Counted from the first letter of the stretch, positions 1 through 8,986 are shown. The stretch: DNA of 64,000 bases from Hyphomicrobiales bacterium (GCA_965227875.1 OZ245783.1:4978251-5042250), one strand, 5' to 3'. A program made the numbers and translations. The notes: generated by a model from the letters alone, not told the origin.

Positions 1-2175
1 GTCGATCATGAACTTGTCCGCGCCCAGCCGAACCTGGCGTGCCTCCTCGTAGACGGCCTCCGTCGTGGCGACGCATTCATCCCAGTTCGACGAGGGATGG
101 ATGTTGACTTCGAGCACGCCCGGATCCGGAGCGACGCGTATGACGTTGATGCGCGGATCGGGCGGCGGGGAATAGCCTTCTATGTGCACCTGCAGACCGA
201 GCTTGCGGCTTGCTGCCTCGACCGCCGCAACGAGTTCCAGATAGTCCTCCAGCCTCTCGACGGGCGGCATGAAGACACACAGCCGCCCGTCACGCGGCTC
301 CACGCTCATGGCCGTCCGAACGGCGCCGTCCAGTTCCGCACCGAGATGCTGCTCGACGATGTCCTGACCGGGACGGACTTCGGCGAAAGACGCCTGGGGC
401 AGTTCGCGCCCGTCCTCGCCCGCGGAAGCATCGTCGTCCGCGTGATCGCCCGTTACGTGATCGCCCGGTGCGTGATAGTCCGGCAGCGGCCCGCGCGGTT
501 CGGTCGGATCGGCGACATAGGTGTAGGGAAACCGTGCCGGCGGCACATGAGGCAGCGTTTCGAGCGGCAGGCGGTATCCTACCGGGCTATCGCCCGGCAC
601 GAGAAACAAGTTGCCCCGACGGGTCTTCCACTTTTCCGAACGCCAGCGGCGCCCGCCCGCTTTCGCCTGCCAGCGCTGGATCGGCAACACATGGCCGGAC
701 GATTCGGTGAGGCCACGACCGAAGACCCGCGCAATACGGTTTCTCTCTTCCGGATCCTTGAGTTTCGAATTCTCCGGTGTGACGTTGTCAGGCAGGTTGC
801 CCTCCTTGATGATCCATTCGGCTGGATCCTCGTATGCGGGCACCACGAAACTCTCGTCCAGATCGAGTTCGCCTGCGATCGCCGTGAGCAACCTGCCGGC
901 CTCCGGCGATCCGGCGGTGGTATCCGTATCCTCCTCCGCGATCAGCGCTGCATCGGACCAGATCGGCTTTCCGTCGCGACGCCAGTAGAGCGAGAAAGTC
1001 CATCGAGGGAGGGACTCGCCCGGATACCATTTTCCCTGTCCGTAGTGCAGGAACCCGTTCGGGGCGAACCTTTCACGCAACCGGCGTATCAACCTGTCGG
1101 CGATGCCGCGTTTCGTGGGACCGACCGCATCGATGTTCCATTCCCCGGACTCGAAGTCGTCGATCGAGACGAACGTGGGCTCGCCCCCCATCGTCAGTCG
1201 CACGTCGCCGCGGCCGAGCGCCTCGTCGACCTTTCGTCCCAGCGCATTCAGTTCCTGCCACGCGTCGTCGGAGAAAGGTTTGGTGATCCGGGGATGCTCC
1301 GCGATCCGCTCGACCGACATGTCGAAGCTGAACTCGACATTTGCCGGCGACACGAGGCCGGAAATGGGCGCGGCCGTCCGGTAATGGGGTGTCGCCGCAA
1401 GAGGGATATGGCTTTCCCCGGTCAGGAGGCCGGAGGTCGGATCGAGCCCGATCCAGCCCGCACCGGGGATGTAGACCTCGGCCCAGGCATGGAGGTCCGT
1501 GAAATCATGGTCCGTACCCGGCGGCCCGTCCAGCGAGACGAGATCCGGCTTGAGCTGGACGAGATAGCCCGACACGAAACGCGCCGCGAATCCCAGGTGA
1601 CGCAGGATCTGGACGAGCAGCCAGCTCGAATCCCGGCAGGATCCGCTTGCCTTTGCGAGCGTCTCTTCGGGCGTCTGCACACCCGGCTCCATCCTGATCA
1701 CGTACTCGAGTTCGTCTTCGAGCCGGGCGTTGAGAGCGACGACGAAGTCGACTGTCCTCTGGCGGGATCGGTCCACCGTCTCCAGGAATGCGGCAAGGCC
1801 CGGACCCGCGGGCTCGGGCGTCCTGTAGATGACGAGATCGTCCGTGTAATCCGCACCGTATTCGAACGGCCAGTGCTCCGCGGTTTCCTCGACGAAGAAA
1901 TCGAACGGATTGTAGACGGTCATGTCGGCGACGAGATCGACCTCGATCTTGAACTCCCTCACCGGCTCGGGAAACACGAAGCGCGCGTTCCAATTGCCAT
2001 ACGGATCCTGCTGATGGTTCACGAAGTGCTCGTGGGGGCTGACCTTCAGCGAATGCGATATGACGCGCGTGCGGCTGTGCGGCGCGGGACGCAACCGAAT
2101 GACCTGCGGTCCGAGGACCACGGGAACGTCATACTTGTAGTGGGTCAGGTGATGGACGGCGGCCTGTATCGACAT
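1..2175 (-). CDS. Large transglutaminase-family protein (N-terminal transglutaminase-like domain plus DUF2126-like body); 3' end off-window
   Basis: Absent from the ORF track because there is no stop in the window. Manual minus-strand translation from the ATG at 2175..2173 gives MSIQAAVHHLTHYKYDVPVVLGPQVIRLRPAPHSR... Core motifs GSCRDSSWLLVQILR and DLHAWAEVYIPGAGWIGLDPT are present. The frame stays open to nt 1 (725 codons). Confidence 0.85.
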   Translation of the reverse strand, partial: MSIQAAVHHLTHYKYDVPVVLGPQVIRLRPAPHSRTRVISHSLKVSPHEHFVNHQQDPYGNWNARFVFPEPVREFKIEVDLVADMTVYNPFDFFVEETAEHWPFEYGADYTDDLVIYRTPEPAGPGLAAFLETVDRSRQRTVDFVVALNARLEDELEYVIRMEPGVQTPEETLAKASGSCRDSSWLLVQILRHLGFAARFVSGYLVQLKPDLVSLDGPPGTDHDFTDLHAWAEVYIPGAGWIGLDPTSGLLTGESHIPLAATPHYRTAAPISGLVSPANVEFSFDMSVERIAEHPRITKPFSDDAWQELNALGRKVDEALGRGDVRLTMGGEPTFVSIDDFESGEWNIDAVGPTKRGIADRLIRRLRERFAPNGFLHYGQGKWYPGESLPRWTFSLYWRRDGKPIWSDAALIAEEDTDTTAGSPEAGRLLTAIAGELDLDESFVVPAYEDPAEWIIKEGNLPDNVTPENSKLKDPEERNRIARVFGRGLTESSGHVLPIQRWQAKAGGRRWRSEKWKTRRGNLFLVPGDSPVGYRLPLETLPHVPPARFPYTYVADPTEPRGPLPDYHAPGDHVTGDHADDDASAGEDGRELPQASFAEVRPGQDIVEQHLGAELDGAVRTAMSVEPRDGRLCVFMPPVERLEDYLELVAAVEAASRKLGLQVHIEGYSPPPDPRINVIRVAPDPGVLEVNIHPSSNWDECVATTEAVYEEARQVRLGADKFMID

Positions 2176-2295
2176 ATGCGGTTTCGTGGTTTCTTCGTTG
2201 GTTCGGAAGAGGCAGGTTCACATAATGTGTTGCATCGCACAAACAGAACCTGCCCGCACGAGAACTCCGGCCGCACGTGTCCCTCGCGAGGAACG

Positions 2296-2352
2296 CAAAA
2301 ACGAACAGTGCCGCACTGCCGTCGCCTGAGCGGCGGCGGCGGCACGGCACTG
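2296..2352 (-). terminator. Rho-independent terminator downstream of dps
   Basis: Long GC hairpin: cagtgccg (2306-2313) pairs with cggcactg (2345-2352), with inner gccgtcgcc/ggcggcggc pairing. On the minus strand it is followed by TTCGTTTTTG (2296-2305). Confidence 0.55.
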
Positions 2353-2415
2353 CGGTTCGTGTCGGGGAGGCCGGACGCGGAGCATGGGTCGCCCCCGCCG
2401 GCCCCGTCATGTCAT

Positions 2416-2919
2416 CTACTTCGACGCAAGGGCCCGAAGCATCCAGATCGCCTTTTCGTGAAACTCCATGCGGGCGGTCAGCATGTCCGCGGTGACGACG
2501 TCGGTCGCGTCTTCGGCGAACTCGACCGTCTCGCGGAAATGGCGCACCACGGCCTCGTGATCCTTGACGAGATTGGAGATCATGTCTTCCGTCGACGTGT
2601 CGTCGGACTTGTCTTCGCTGACGACGGACCTGCCTGCGAGACGCACGATGCTGGTCGGCGCGGGACGACCGAGGGCGCGCACGCGCTCGGCGATGTCGTC
2701 GGCGGCCTTGAACAGGTTCTCGTAGTGCTCTTCCGTCAGGACGTGGAAGGAATGAAACAGCGGTCCGACCACGTTCCAGTGGTAGGCCTGCGTCTTGGTC
2801 ATGAGCAGATAGGTGTCGGCCAGGCAGTCCGACAGCTTTTCCGCCAGTTCGCTCTTCTTCTCCAGTCCGGTATCGACAGCCTCGATGCCGGGGGACATGG
2901 CGAGAATGTTCTCGGTCAT
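2416..2919 (-). CDS. dps: Dps (DNA starvation/stationary-phase protection, ferritin-like)
   Basis: Internal start M86 of ORF 2416..3174: MTENILAMSPGIEAVD...AYHWNVVGPLFHSFHVLTEEHYE...DDIAERVRALG. An AGGAG RBS lies upstream. The longer ORF start would overlap the promoter region. Confidence 0.9.
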   Translation of the reverse strand: MTENILAMSPGIEAVDTGLEKKSELAEKLSDCLADTYLLMTKTQAYHWNVVGPLFHSFHVLTEEHYENLFKAADDIAERVRALGRPAPTSIVRLAGRSVVSEDKSDDTSTEDMISNLVKDHEAVVRHFRETVEFAEDATDVVTADMLTARMEFHEKAIWMLRALASK

Positions 2920-3041
2920 GAGATAAGTACTCCTCTTTACGTGGATCTTGCTCGCGGCCGTCCGGGTCTCCCGTGTCGAGCGCGGTTCCAGAAAACCGGC
3001 CGAAGCAACAGACTTGGTCGCGCGACACGCTCGATGAAAAG

Positions 3042-3066
3042 AACGTGCCGGGATGGCGGGAGTTCC
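3042..3066 (-). promoter_or_regulatory. EcfG-type promoter, GGAAC-N16-CGTT (perfect), upstream of dps
   Basis: Plus strand reads AACG (3042-3045), 16 nt, GTTCC (3062-3066), which is GGAACtcccgccatcccggcaCGTT on the minus strand. It lies about 120 nt upstream of the dps ATG. Confidence 0.7.
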
Positions 3067-3134
3067 GAGAAACCACGGGGTGCGACGACCTGTCGTTCCG
3101 TCACGACAATCATCAAAACAATCTGCACGAAGGT

Positions 3135-3159
3135 GGAACCATTCCGGCGCTGTCGTGTT
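3135..3159 (+). promoter_or_regulatory. Candidate EcfG-type promoter, GGAAC-N16-TGTT (one mismatch), upstream of the OsmB-like lipoprotein gene
   Basis: GGAAC at 3135-3139, a 16-nt spacer, TGTT at 3156-3159. It lies 48 nt upstream of the ATG at 3207 and is divergent from the dps promoter. Confidence 0.35.
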
Positions 3160-3206
3160 GTCCGATCGTAGCAACGACGCACAAGGCCAAAAGGAGCAAG
3201 GATCAA

Positions 3207-3419
3207 ATGAAAAAACTGTCTCTGGCCGGAGTTCTCACGGCTTGTCTCATGACCGCGGCCTGTTCGGGTCTCTCGACGACCGACCAGCGCGTCCTCAGCG
3301 GCGGTGCAATCGGCAGCGGCATCGGCGCTCTCGCAACCGGTAGCGTAGGCGGTGCGGCCGCCGGCGGTGCCATCGGCGCAGGTGCCGGTTATCTCTACGA
3401 CCGCAGCAAGCGCAACTGA
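3207..3419 (+). CDS. Small glycine-zipper lipoprotein (OsmB / 17-kDa-antigen-like)
   Basis: MKKLSLAGVLTACLMTAACSG lipobox followed by the Gly-zipper GGAIGSGIGALATGSVGGAAAGGAIGAGAG. AAGGAG RBS. Internal start of ORF 2973..3419. Confidence 0.75.
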   Translation: MKKLSLAGVLTACLMTAACSGLSTTDQRVLSGGAIGSGIGALATGSVGGAAAGGAIGAGAGYLYDRSKRN

Positions 3420-3455
3420 CCGTCAGACGTAATTACCGTTCGATCCAGGACGAAA

Positions 3456-3488
3456 ACGGCTCGGGTTTCAGACCCGGGCCGTTTTTTT
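3456..3488 (+). terminator. Rho-independent terminator
   Basis: cggctcgggt-ttcag-acccgggccg hairpin followed by TTTTTTT. Confidence 0.7.
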
Positions 3489-3548
3489 GTCTTTGAAGGC
3501 CGACCGGCACAAGACACTGCATCTTCCCCTTAAACGTTCGGATAGATG

Positions 3549-3599
3549 AAAAAGGCGCTCGGGCGTGACTTCCGATGTTGGAAGAAAGCCCGAGCGCCT
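3549..3599 (-). terminator. Terminator-like hairpin downstream of ecfG
   Basis: aggcgctcgggc (3553-3564) pairs with gcccgagcgcct (3588-3599). A T-run follows on the minus strand (3549-3552). The loop is rather large. Confidence 0.5.
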
Positions 3600-3693
3600 G
3601 CAATTGTTTCAGTTATCGGCCGTCACCCGCGGCGGCGGTACAAGACGCCACTATGGCCGGATCAGGCTGGCGGGTGAAGAAGAGTAACCCTGC

Positions 3694-4248
3694 CTAGAGT
3701 GCGGCGATGCGCGACAGAACGGTTTCCGAAGTCGCGTCCGGTCCGTACTCGTCCTCCGACTTGATGTCGAGGCGCTTGGCGAGTTCGACACGCGCCCGGC
3801 TGACACGGCTCTTGATCGTACCCATGGCCACGCCGCAGATCTCGGCGGCTTCTTCATACGAGAAACCGGATGCGCCCACGAGGACGAGTGCCTCGCGCTG
3901 GTTGTCCGGCAGTTCGGCCAGCGCCTTCTTGAAGTCGCGCAGGTCCATGTGCCCGTCCTGGTGCGGGTGAACGGCGAGTTGTTCGGAAAAACTGCCTTCC
4001 ACGTCCTGGACTTCGCGGCGGCGTTTCCTCACCTCGGAAAAGAAATGGTTTCGCAGGATGGTGAAGAGCCAGGCCTCGAGGTTGGTGCCCTCCTTGAAGG
4101 ATCCGATGTTGGCCCAGGCCTTGACGATCGCCTCCTGGACGAGGTCGTCGGCGCGGTCGCGGTTCCCGGATAACGAGACCGCAAAGGCACGCAGTCGAGG
4201 TACGGCAGCGATGATGTCCCGCTGCAGGGACTCTGACACTTTGCTCAC
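3694..4248 (-). CDS. ecfG: ECF sigma factor, EcfG (GSR sigma; RpoE2/SigT type)
   Basis: Region 2 DLVQEAIVKAWANIGSFKEGTNLEAWLFTILRNHFFS. Region 4 LPDNQREALVLVGASGFSYEEAAEICGVAMGTIKSRVSRAR. GTG start overlaps the nepR stop (GTGA). Divergent from phyR. Confidence 0.9.
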   Translation of the reverse strand: MSKVSESLQRDIIAAVPRLRAFAVSLSGNRDRADDLVQEAIVKAWANIGSFKEGTNLEAWLFTILRNHFFSEVRKRRREVQDVEGSFSEQLAVHPHQDGHMDLRDFKKALAELPDNQREALVLVGASGFSYEEAAEICGVAMGTIKSRVSRARVELAKRLDIKSEDEYGPDATSETVLSRIAAL

Positions 4249-4439
4249 TTCTTGTTCTGAGCCTCGCCTAACTTGGACAGCAGAGCCATGATCTCGTCGG
4301 GGACAGGTTCGTCCACGATCTCGTCGTGAAGACGCTTGAGGTTTTCGCCGATATGCTTCTGGACACGTCCGTCCAGGCGCGGCGAACCTCCTGCGGACCT
4401 TCCGTCATCCTGAGAACTGTTCATGTTGGTGTCGAACAT
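4245..4439 (-). CDS. nepR: NepR anti-sigma factor
   Basis: 64 aa from internal M59 of ORF 4245..4613: MFDTNMNSS...IGENLKRLHDEIVDEPVPDEIMALLSKLGE, the NepR signature. Lies immediately upstream of ecfG and is coupled to it. Confidence 0.8.
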   Translation of the reverse strand: MFDTNMNSSQDDGRSAGGSPRLDGRVQKHIGENLKRLHDEIVDEPVPDEIMALLSKLGEAQNKK

Positions 4440-4605
4440 TTGGCCCCTTGAATCTTTATCGGCATCTGATGATCTTTTACTCACGAGTGAACCCTGTATG
4501 ATGGCGGGCAGGTCGGATTCAGCCCTGTTTCGATGGATCAACACGTTAGGTCCGAAAAGGTTGCATGGTCCGACATAAATTTTTGAAAAAAGTTTTCTGA
4601 CCAAC

Positions 4606-4631
4606 GGAACCAAACGCGCACGCGATGCGTT
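4606..4631 (+). promoter_or_regulatory. EcfG-type promoter, GGAAC-N17-CGTT (perfect), upstream of phyR
   Basis: GGAAC at 4606-4610 and CGTT at 4628-4631, 50 nt upstream of the phyR ATG. Confidence 0.8.
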
Positions 4632-4681
4632 AGAACATATGTCCGAGGGCCCTCGTTGCCAACATTTCCAAGGAAAATCTC

Positions 4682-5491
4682 ATGCATGCCGCTGAAGAAA
4701 TCGCAGTTCATATCCCGTTCCTGCGCCGCTATGCCCGCATACTGACCGGCTCCCAGAAAAGCGGGGACACGTATGTCACAAGCCTTCTGCAGGCGATGGT
4801 CGAACAGAAGGTTCAGATCGACGAGCAGTTTTCCGCAAGGGTGGACGTCTACAAGGCCTTCACCGACTTCTGGCAGCCTTTGAACCAGGGCGTGATCTCC
4901 GACGCCGGCATCCCCAGTGACGAGGATGCGAACGTCGACAGGCGCATCGAACAGCTTGCCCCCGCCCCCAGGCAGGCCTTCCTTCTGACATCCGTCGAGG
5001 AATTCACCGAAGAGGAAGCCTGCGCCATACTGGGTGTGTCGGAAGACGAACTCGCCAAGCTTCTCGACAAGGCCGGCGAGGAAATCGCCCGCCAGGTCGC
5101 AACGGAGATCCTGATCATCGAGGACGAGCCGATCATCTCGATCGAGCTCGAGAACCTCGTCAGGTCGCTTGGGCACGGCGTGGTCGGCACGGCGCGCACG
5201 CACAGCGAAGCGCTCCAGGTCATCGAAACCCGCAAACCAGGCCTCGTCCTCGCGGACATCCAGCTCGCCGACGGCAGTTCGGGGATCGATGCTGTGAACG
5301 ACATCCTGCACAAGATCAACCTGCCGGTGATCTTCATCACCGCCTATCCCGAGCGTCTCCTGACGGGTGACCGTCCCGAGCCGGCCTTCCTGATCACCAA
5401 GCCGTTCCGCGAAAACTCGGTGAAGGCCGTGATCAGCCAGGCCCTTTTCTTCGACGTGAAGGCGGGCGAACCGCTTTCCGTGGCGTCCTGA
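4682..5491 (+). CDS. phyR: PhyR anti-anti-sigma response regulator (sigma-like N-domain plus receiver)
   Basis: N-terminal ECF-sigma-like domain (IPFLRRYARILTGSQKSGDTYV...) and C-terminal REC domain (ILIIEDEPIISIELENLV...LVLADIQLADGSSG...ITAYPE). Confidence 0.93.
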   Translation: MHAAEEIAVHIPFLRRYARILTGSQKSGDTYVTSLLQAMVEQKVQIDEQFSARVDVYKAFTDFWQPLNQGVISDAGIPSDEDANVDRRIEQLAPAPRQAFLLTSVEEFTEEEACAILGVSEDELAKLLDKAGEEIARQVATEILIIEDEPIISIELENLVRSLGHGVVGTARTHSEALQVIETRKPGLVLADIQLADGSSGIDAVNDILHKINLPVIFITAYPERLLTGDRPEPAFLITKPFRENSVKAVISQALFFDVKAGEPLSVAS

Positions 5492-5523
5492 TAAAGTAGA
5501 GGAAACGAATTCGCGGGCGCGAT

Positions 5524-5548
5524 GGAACTTTCCGGCGGCAACACCGTT
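5524..5548 (+). promoter_or_regulatory. EcfG-type promoter, GGAAC-N16-CGTT (perfect)
   Basis: GGAAC at 5524-5528 and CGTT at 5545-5548, 30 nt upstream of the ATG at 5579. Confidence 0.75.
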
Positions 5549-5578
5549 GAGACTACTCCAAACGAAAGGAGTTAGATC

Positions 5579-5749
5579 ATGTTAGGTTGGGCCGTAACTT
5601 TCTTCATCATCGCGCTCGTGGCAGCACTCTTCGGTTTTGGCGGTATTGCAGGCGCATCCGCCAGCATCGCGCAGGTGTTGTTCTTCATCTTCCTCGTTGT
5701 CTTCCTCGCATCGCTGGTCATGCATTTCGTCCGGCGAACCGCGAGATAG
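5579..5749 (+). CDS. DUF1328 (UPF0391/YtjA-like) small membrane protein, 56 aa
   Basis: Not in the track (under 60 aa). Manual translation gives [65 protein letters not shown]. Confidence 0.8.
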   Translation: MLGWAVTFFIIALVAALFGFGGIAGASASIAQVLFFIFLVVFLASLVMHFVRRTAR

Positions 5750-5777
5750 ACGGAATGAGAAACTCGGCATGAATGCG

Positions 5778-5800
5778 ACCGCCCGGATCTTCCGGGCGGT
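5778..5800 (+). terminator. Terminator-like hairpin (weak U-tract)
   Basis: accgcccgg-atctt-ccgggcggt, followed only by TTCGC. Confidence 0.4.
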
Positions 5801-5836
5801 TCGCACGAGCGGCACCGGGAACACGCTGGAACCGCC

Positions 5837-7042
5837 TTGCCGCAACGGCGCCCGACCCGGGCGTCACAGTCCGCCGGGGTGTTTCCCCCGGGACCGTTTG
5901 ACCAAATCCGTGGCTGCTCCGTGACACGCAAAGACGATCAATTCGCTCTCCCCCCGAAACAGGCTGTCGGAAGCAGCCGGTTGGAGAGCTTTGATCAGCG
6001 CCTCAGGGATTTGAACGAACACGTGGATCTCGCCATACGCGGAACGAACGTCAGCGTATTCGGCCAGGACCTCGATCTCCGATACACCTGGATCCGCAAC
6101 CCACTCGTGGGCTTCGAACGCGAACAGATGCTGGGCAAGTCGGACGCGGAACTCTTTTCCCCGTCCGTCGCCGCCGCGCTGACCCGTGTCAAACGGGCCG
6201 CCATCGACAGGAACGAGACACAGTTTGCTGAAGTTGAGATGTATCACGACGGAAAACATCGCTGGTTCGAGCTCTGGGCCGACCCCGTCTCTTCGCAGAC
6301 GGGTACGGTCGAGGGCCTTGCATGCGCCGCCGTCGAGATCACGTCCCGAAAGCAGGACGAGGAGCAGATGCGCACCCTCCTGCTGGAACTCAATCACCGG
6401 AACAGGAATCTCCTGTCCGTCATCGAAGGCATCGCACGACAGACCGGTCGTGACTCCGGCGACATCAAGAATTTTCTCCGAAGGTTCAGCGGAAGGCTTC
6501 ACAGCCTGTCGATCACGCAGCTCCTCCTCACGGAAAGCAACTGGAAGGGCGCGGGCATGCGGGCCCTGCTCAAGAAGCAGATCAAGGGCGTGGACAATGT
6601 CGACCTCTCCCGGTTCACCTTTCACGGTCCCGATATCGTCGCTGGTCCCAATGCGACCCAGTATCTTGGTCTCGCCATTCATGAACTGACCAACAACGCC
6701 CTCCAGCATGGCGCCCTGTCCGCCGCGGAGGGGACGGTGACCGTCACGTGGAAGTACTCGTCCGGCGCGCCGGATTCGCCGGAAAGACCGGGGATCGAGT
6801 TCCACTGGAAGGAAACCGGCGGCCCGAACGTTTCGCCACCTACGGAAAAGCGCTACGGAAGATCCATCCTGGAAGCGATCCTGCCGCGCTCCCTGAGTGC
6901 AAGTTCGACCCTGATCTTCGGTGGCGATGGCGTCTCCTTTTCCGCCTTCATCCCGGTGCGAGAACTCCATATCTCGGCTGAGCGAATCGTCGAGCTGGAA
7001 ACCGAAGACACGGGCCGGTCCCGCTCGTCCGACGCGGACTGA
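5837..7042 (+). CDS. PAS-domain HWE/HisKA_2-family sensor histidine kinase (candidate PhyR kinase)
   Basis: H-box LLELNHRNRNLLSVIEGIARQT and N-box LAIHELTNNALQHGAL, with a PAS-like N-terminal half. The start is uncertain (TTG 5837, GTG 5921 or TTG 5981). Confidence 0.8.
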   Translation: MPQRRPTRASQSAGVFPPGPFDQIRGCSVTRKDDQFALPPKQAVGSSRLESFDQRLRDLNEHVDLAIRGTNVSVFGQDLDLRYTWIRNPLVGFEREQMLGKSDAELFSPSVAAALTRVKRAAIDRNETQFAEVEMYHDGKHRWFELWADPVSSQTGTVEGLACAAVEITSRKQDEEQMRTLLLELNHRNRNLLSVIEGIARQTGRDSGDIKNFLRRFSGRLHSLSITQLLLTESNWKGAGMRALLKKQIKGVDNVDLSRFTFHGPDIVAGPNATQYLGLAIHELTNNALQHGALSAAEGTVTVTWKYSSGAPDSPERPGIEFHWKETGGPNVSPPTEKRYGRSILEAILPRSLSASSTLIFGGDGVSFSAFIPVRELHISAERIVELETEDTGRSRSSDAD

Positions 7043-7064
7043 AGCGCCGCCCCGCCGCGGTTCA

Positions 7065-7089
7065 GGAACCATTCGGCCCGCTTCACGTT
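7065..7089 (+). promoter_or_regulatory. EcfG-type promoter, GGAAC-N16-CGTT (perfect)
   Basis: GGAAC at 7065-7069 and CGTT at 7086-7089, 51 nt upstream of the ATG at 7141. Confidence 0.75.
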
Positions 7090-7140
7090 GTCAAGTATCC
7101 CGTCCGAAAGACGCCTCGGGACAACGTAAAGGAGACCACC

Positions 7141-7515
7141 ATGAAAAAGTTTCTCATGACGACCGCCACCGTTGCGCTGTTTGCGCTTTCGGTCCCGGCA
7201 CACGCCAACGAGCAGTGCACGACACCCGACGAAGCCGCCAAGATGACGGAAACGGACGCCACGGCGAACCAGGACGCGTCCGCCCAGGCTTCCGCCTCGC
7301 AGGAAACCGAGACGGCAGGGACCTCCGCTGAAGCCGAGGCGTCGGTGAACGCCCAGGCTTCCGCCGAGGCCGAAACGCCCGACAAGGTCGTGGACGAGAT
7401 CGTCGAGAATGCCAAGGAAGCCGAAGACGGGACCAAGGTCGCCTCGACCGGACCGGCAAAACCGGTTGAAAACTGGTTCGGCTGTCCTCCCGAAGGCAAG
7501 GCCACGACCGGCTGA
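7141..7515 (+). CDS. Exported acidic low-complexity protein (unknown family)
   Basis: Signal peptide MKKFLMTTATVALFALSVPAHA and an A/E/T/S-rich body. AAGGAG RBS. Confidence 0.7.
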   Translation: MKKFLMTTATVALFALSVPAHANEQCTTPDEAAKMTETDATANQDASAQASASQETETAGTSAEAEASVNAQASAEAETPDKVVDEIVENAKEAEDGTKVASTGPAKPVENWFGCPPEGKATTG

Positions 7516-7624
7516 CCGCGATTGCGGCCTATCCCCGCGCCCGGCGAATGTACTCGCCGGGCGACCGCGGCCCGAGAGGCGCGCGGATTCTACGTACGTC
7601 CCACCCCCTTATTATCCAGAGCTC

Positions 7625-8986
7625 ATGAACGATCACACTGGCGCCCGGAACGAGCTGGGCGACATTCTTGCATCCGTCGAAGACCGCAATCCGCACCAGC
7701 CCGAATTTCTCCAGGCGGTCCGGGAAATGGGCGCATCGGTTGCCGACTGGTATCTTGAACAGGCGGACCTGGTTGAGGCCCGCATATTCGAGCGCCTGAC
7801 GGAACCCGACCGCGCCATTCAGTTTCGCGTGGTCTGGGAAAACGACGACGGACAGCTCGAGGTCAACCGCGGGTGGCGCATCCAGTTCTGCCAGGCGCTG
7901 GGGCCTTACAAGGGTGGTCTGCGCTTTTCCGGAAGCGTCGATGAAAGCGTCCTGAAGTTTCTTTCTTTCGAGCAGACGTTCAAGAACGCCCTGACCGGCC
8001 TGCCCATGGGCGGGGCGAAAGGCGGTTCCGACTTCGACCCCAAAGGACGAAGCACCGGTGAAATCACGCGTTTCTGCCACGCGTTCATGACCGAACTCTT
8101 TCATCACATCGGCCCGGACAAGGACATTCCTGCCGGCGACATCGGGGTCGGCCCGGACGAGATAAGTGCCATGTTCGGCCACTACTTGAAGCTCACCCGA
8201 ACCTGGAACGGCGCCCTGACGGGCAAGGGCTGCCGTTTCGGTGGCAGCGCCGAACGCACCGAAGCGACCGGATATGGCTGCGTCTATTTCTGCGAAGAGA
8301 TGCTGGGCCATCACGACAAGTCCCTCGAAGACAAGAGAATAGCGATATCCGGAAGCGGCAACGTGGCTCTTCACGCGGCCCAGAAAGCCTGCTCGAAGGG
8401 AGCGAAAGTGGTCACCATGAGCGACTCCGGTGGGTTCATATTCACCGGTGACGGTCTTTCGAAGGAGCTTCTCGACGAACTCCACGAAGCGAAGACCGTA
8501 CAGAAGAAGCGCCTCGAGGAGTTCGCCGCGGATCACAAGGACCTGGAGTTCCACGAGGGCGATGCGCCATGGTCGGCCGAGTGCGATATCGCCATGCCCT
8601 GCGCCACGCAGAACGAACTCGACGATGACGCTGCAAGGCAGCTTGTCGACAACGGCGTTATTGCCGTCTGTGAAGGGGCGAACATGCCCGTGACGGCAGA
8701 CGCCGCGGACGTGTTCCGCGAGCATCACATCCTTCATGCGCCGGGCAAGGCGTCGAATGCCGGCGGCGTCGCGGTCAGCGGCATGGAGATAAGCCAGAAC
8801 GCCTTGCGCCAGTCATGGTCGTTCGAGGAGGTCGACGAGAAGCTCACGCGGGTCATGGCCAACATCCACCGTCAGTGTGTCGAAGCCGGTCCGAGCGGTG
8901 GAGATCGTGTCGACTACGTCAGGGGCGCCAACCTAGCAAGTTTCCAGAAAGTCGCGAAAACGCTGGCATCGTTCGGGCGTTTCTAA
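7625..8986 (+). CDS. gdhA: NADP-specific glutamate dehydrogenase
   Basis: Internal M73 of ORF 7409..8986. Motifs GPYKGGLRF, LPMGGAKGGSDFDPKG, DIPAGDIGVG, GSGNVA and ANAGGVAVSGMEISQN. Confidence 0.93.
   Translation: MNDHTGARNELGDILASVEDRNPHQPEFLQAVREMGASVADWYLEQADLVEARIFERLTEPDRAIQFRVVWENDDGQLEVNRGWRIQFCQALGPYKGGLRFSGSVDESVLKFLSFEQTFKNALTGLPMGGAKGGSDFDPKGRSTGEITRFCHAFMTELFHHIGPDKDIPAGDIGVGPDEISAMFGHYLKLTRTWNGALTGKGCRFGGSAERTEATGYGCVYFCEEMLGHHDKSLEDKRIAISGSGNVALHAAQKACSKGAKVVTMSDSGGFIFTGDGLSKELLDELHEAKTVQKKRLEEFAADHKDLEFHEGDAPWSAECDIAMPCATQNELDDDAARQLVDNGVIAVCEGANMPVTADAADVFREHHILHAPGKASNAGGVAVSGMEISQNALRQSWSFEEVDEKLTRVMANIHRQCVEAGPSGGDRVDYVRGANLASFQKVAKTLASFGRF

Noticed and set aside
97-3171. 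1,024-aa plus-strand ORF, the longest ORF at the left end
   Set aside because: It is antisense to the transglutaminase-family gene (1-2175) and to dps, both of which show clear family motifs. Its product is an Arg/Gly/Asp-rich low-complexity sequence typical of antisense frames in GC3-rich DNA. There is no RBS.
5818-5850. Two tandem GGAAC pentamers upstream of the PAS-HWE kinase, considered as an EcfG promoter
   Set aside because: Neither has CGTT, or even GTT, at a 16/17-nt spacing; the sequence there is GCCG or CGCC. It is therefore not called.
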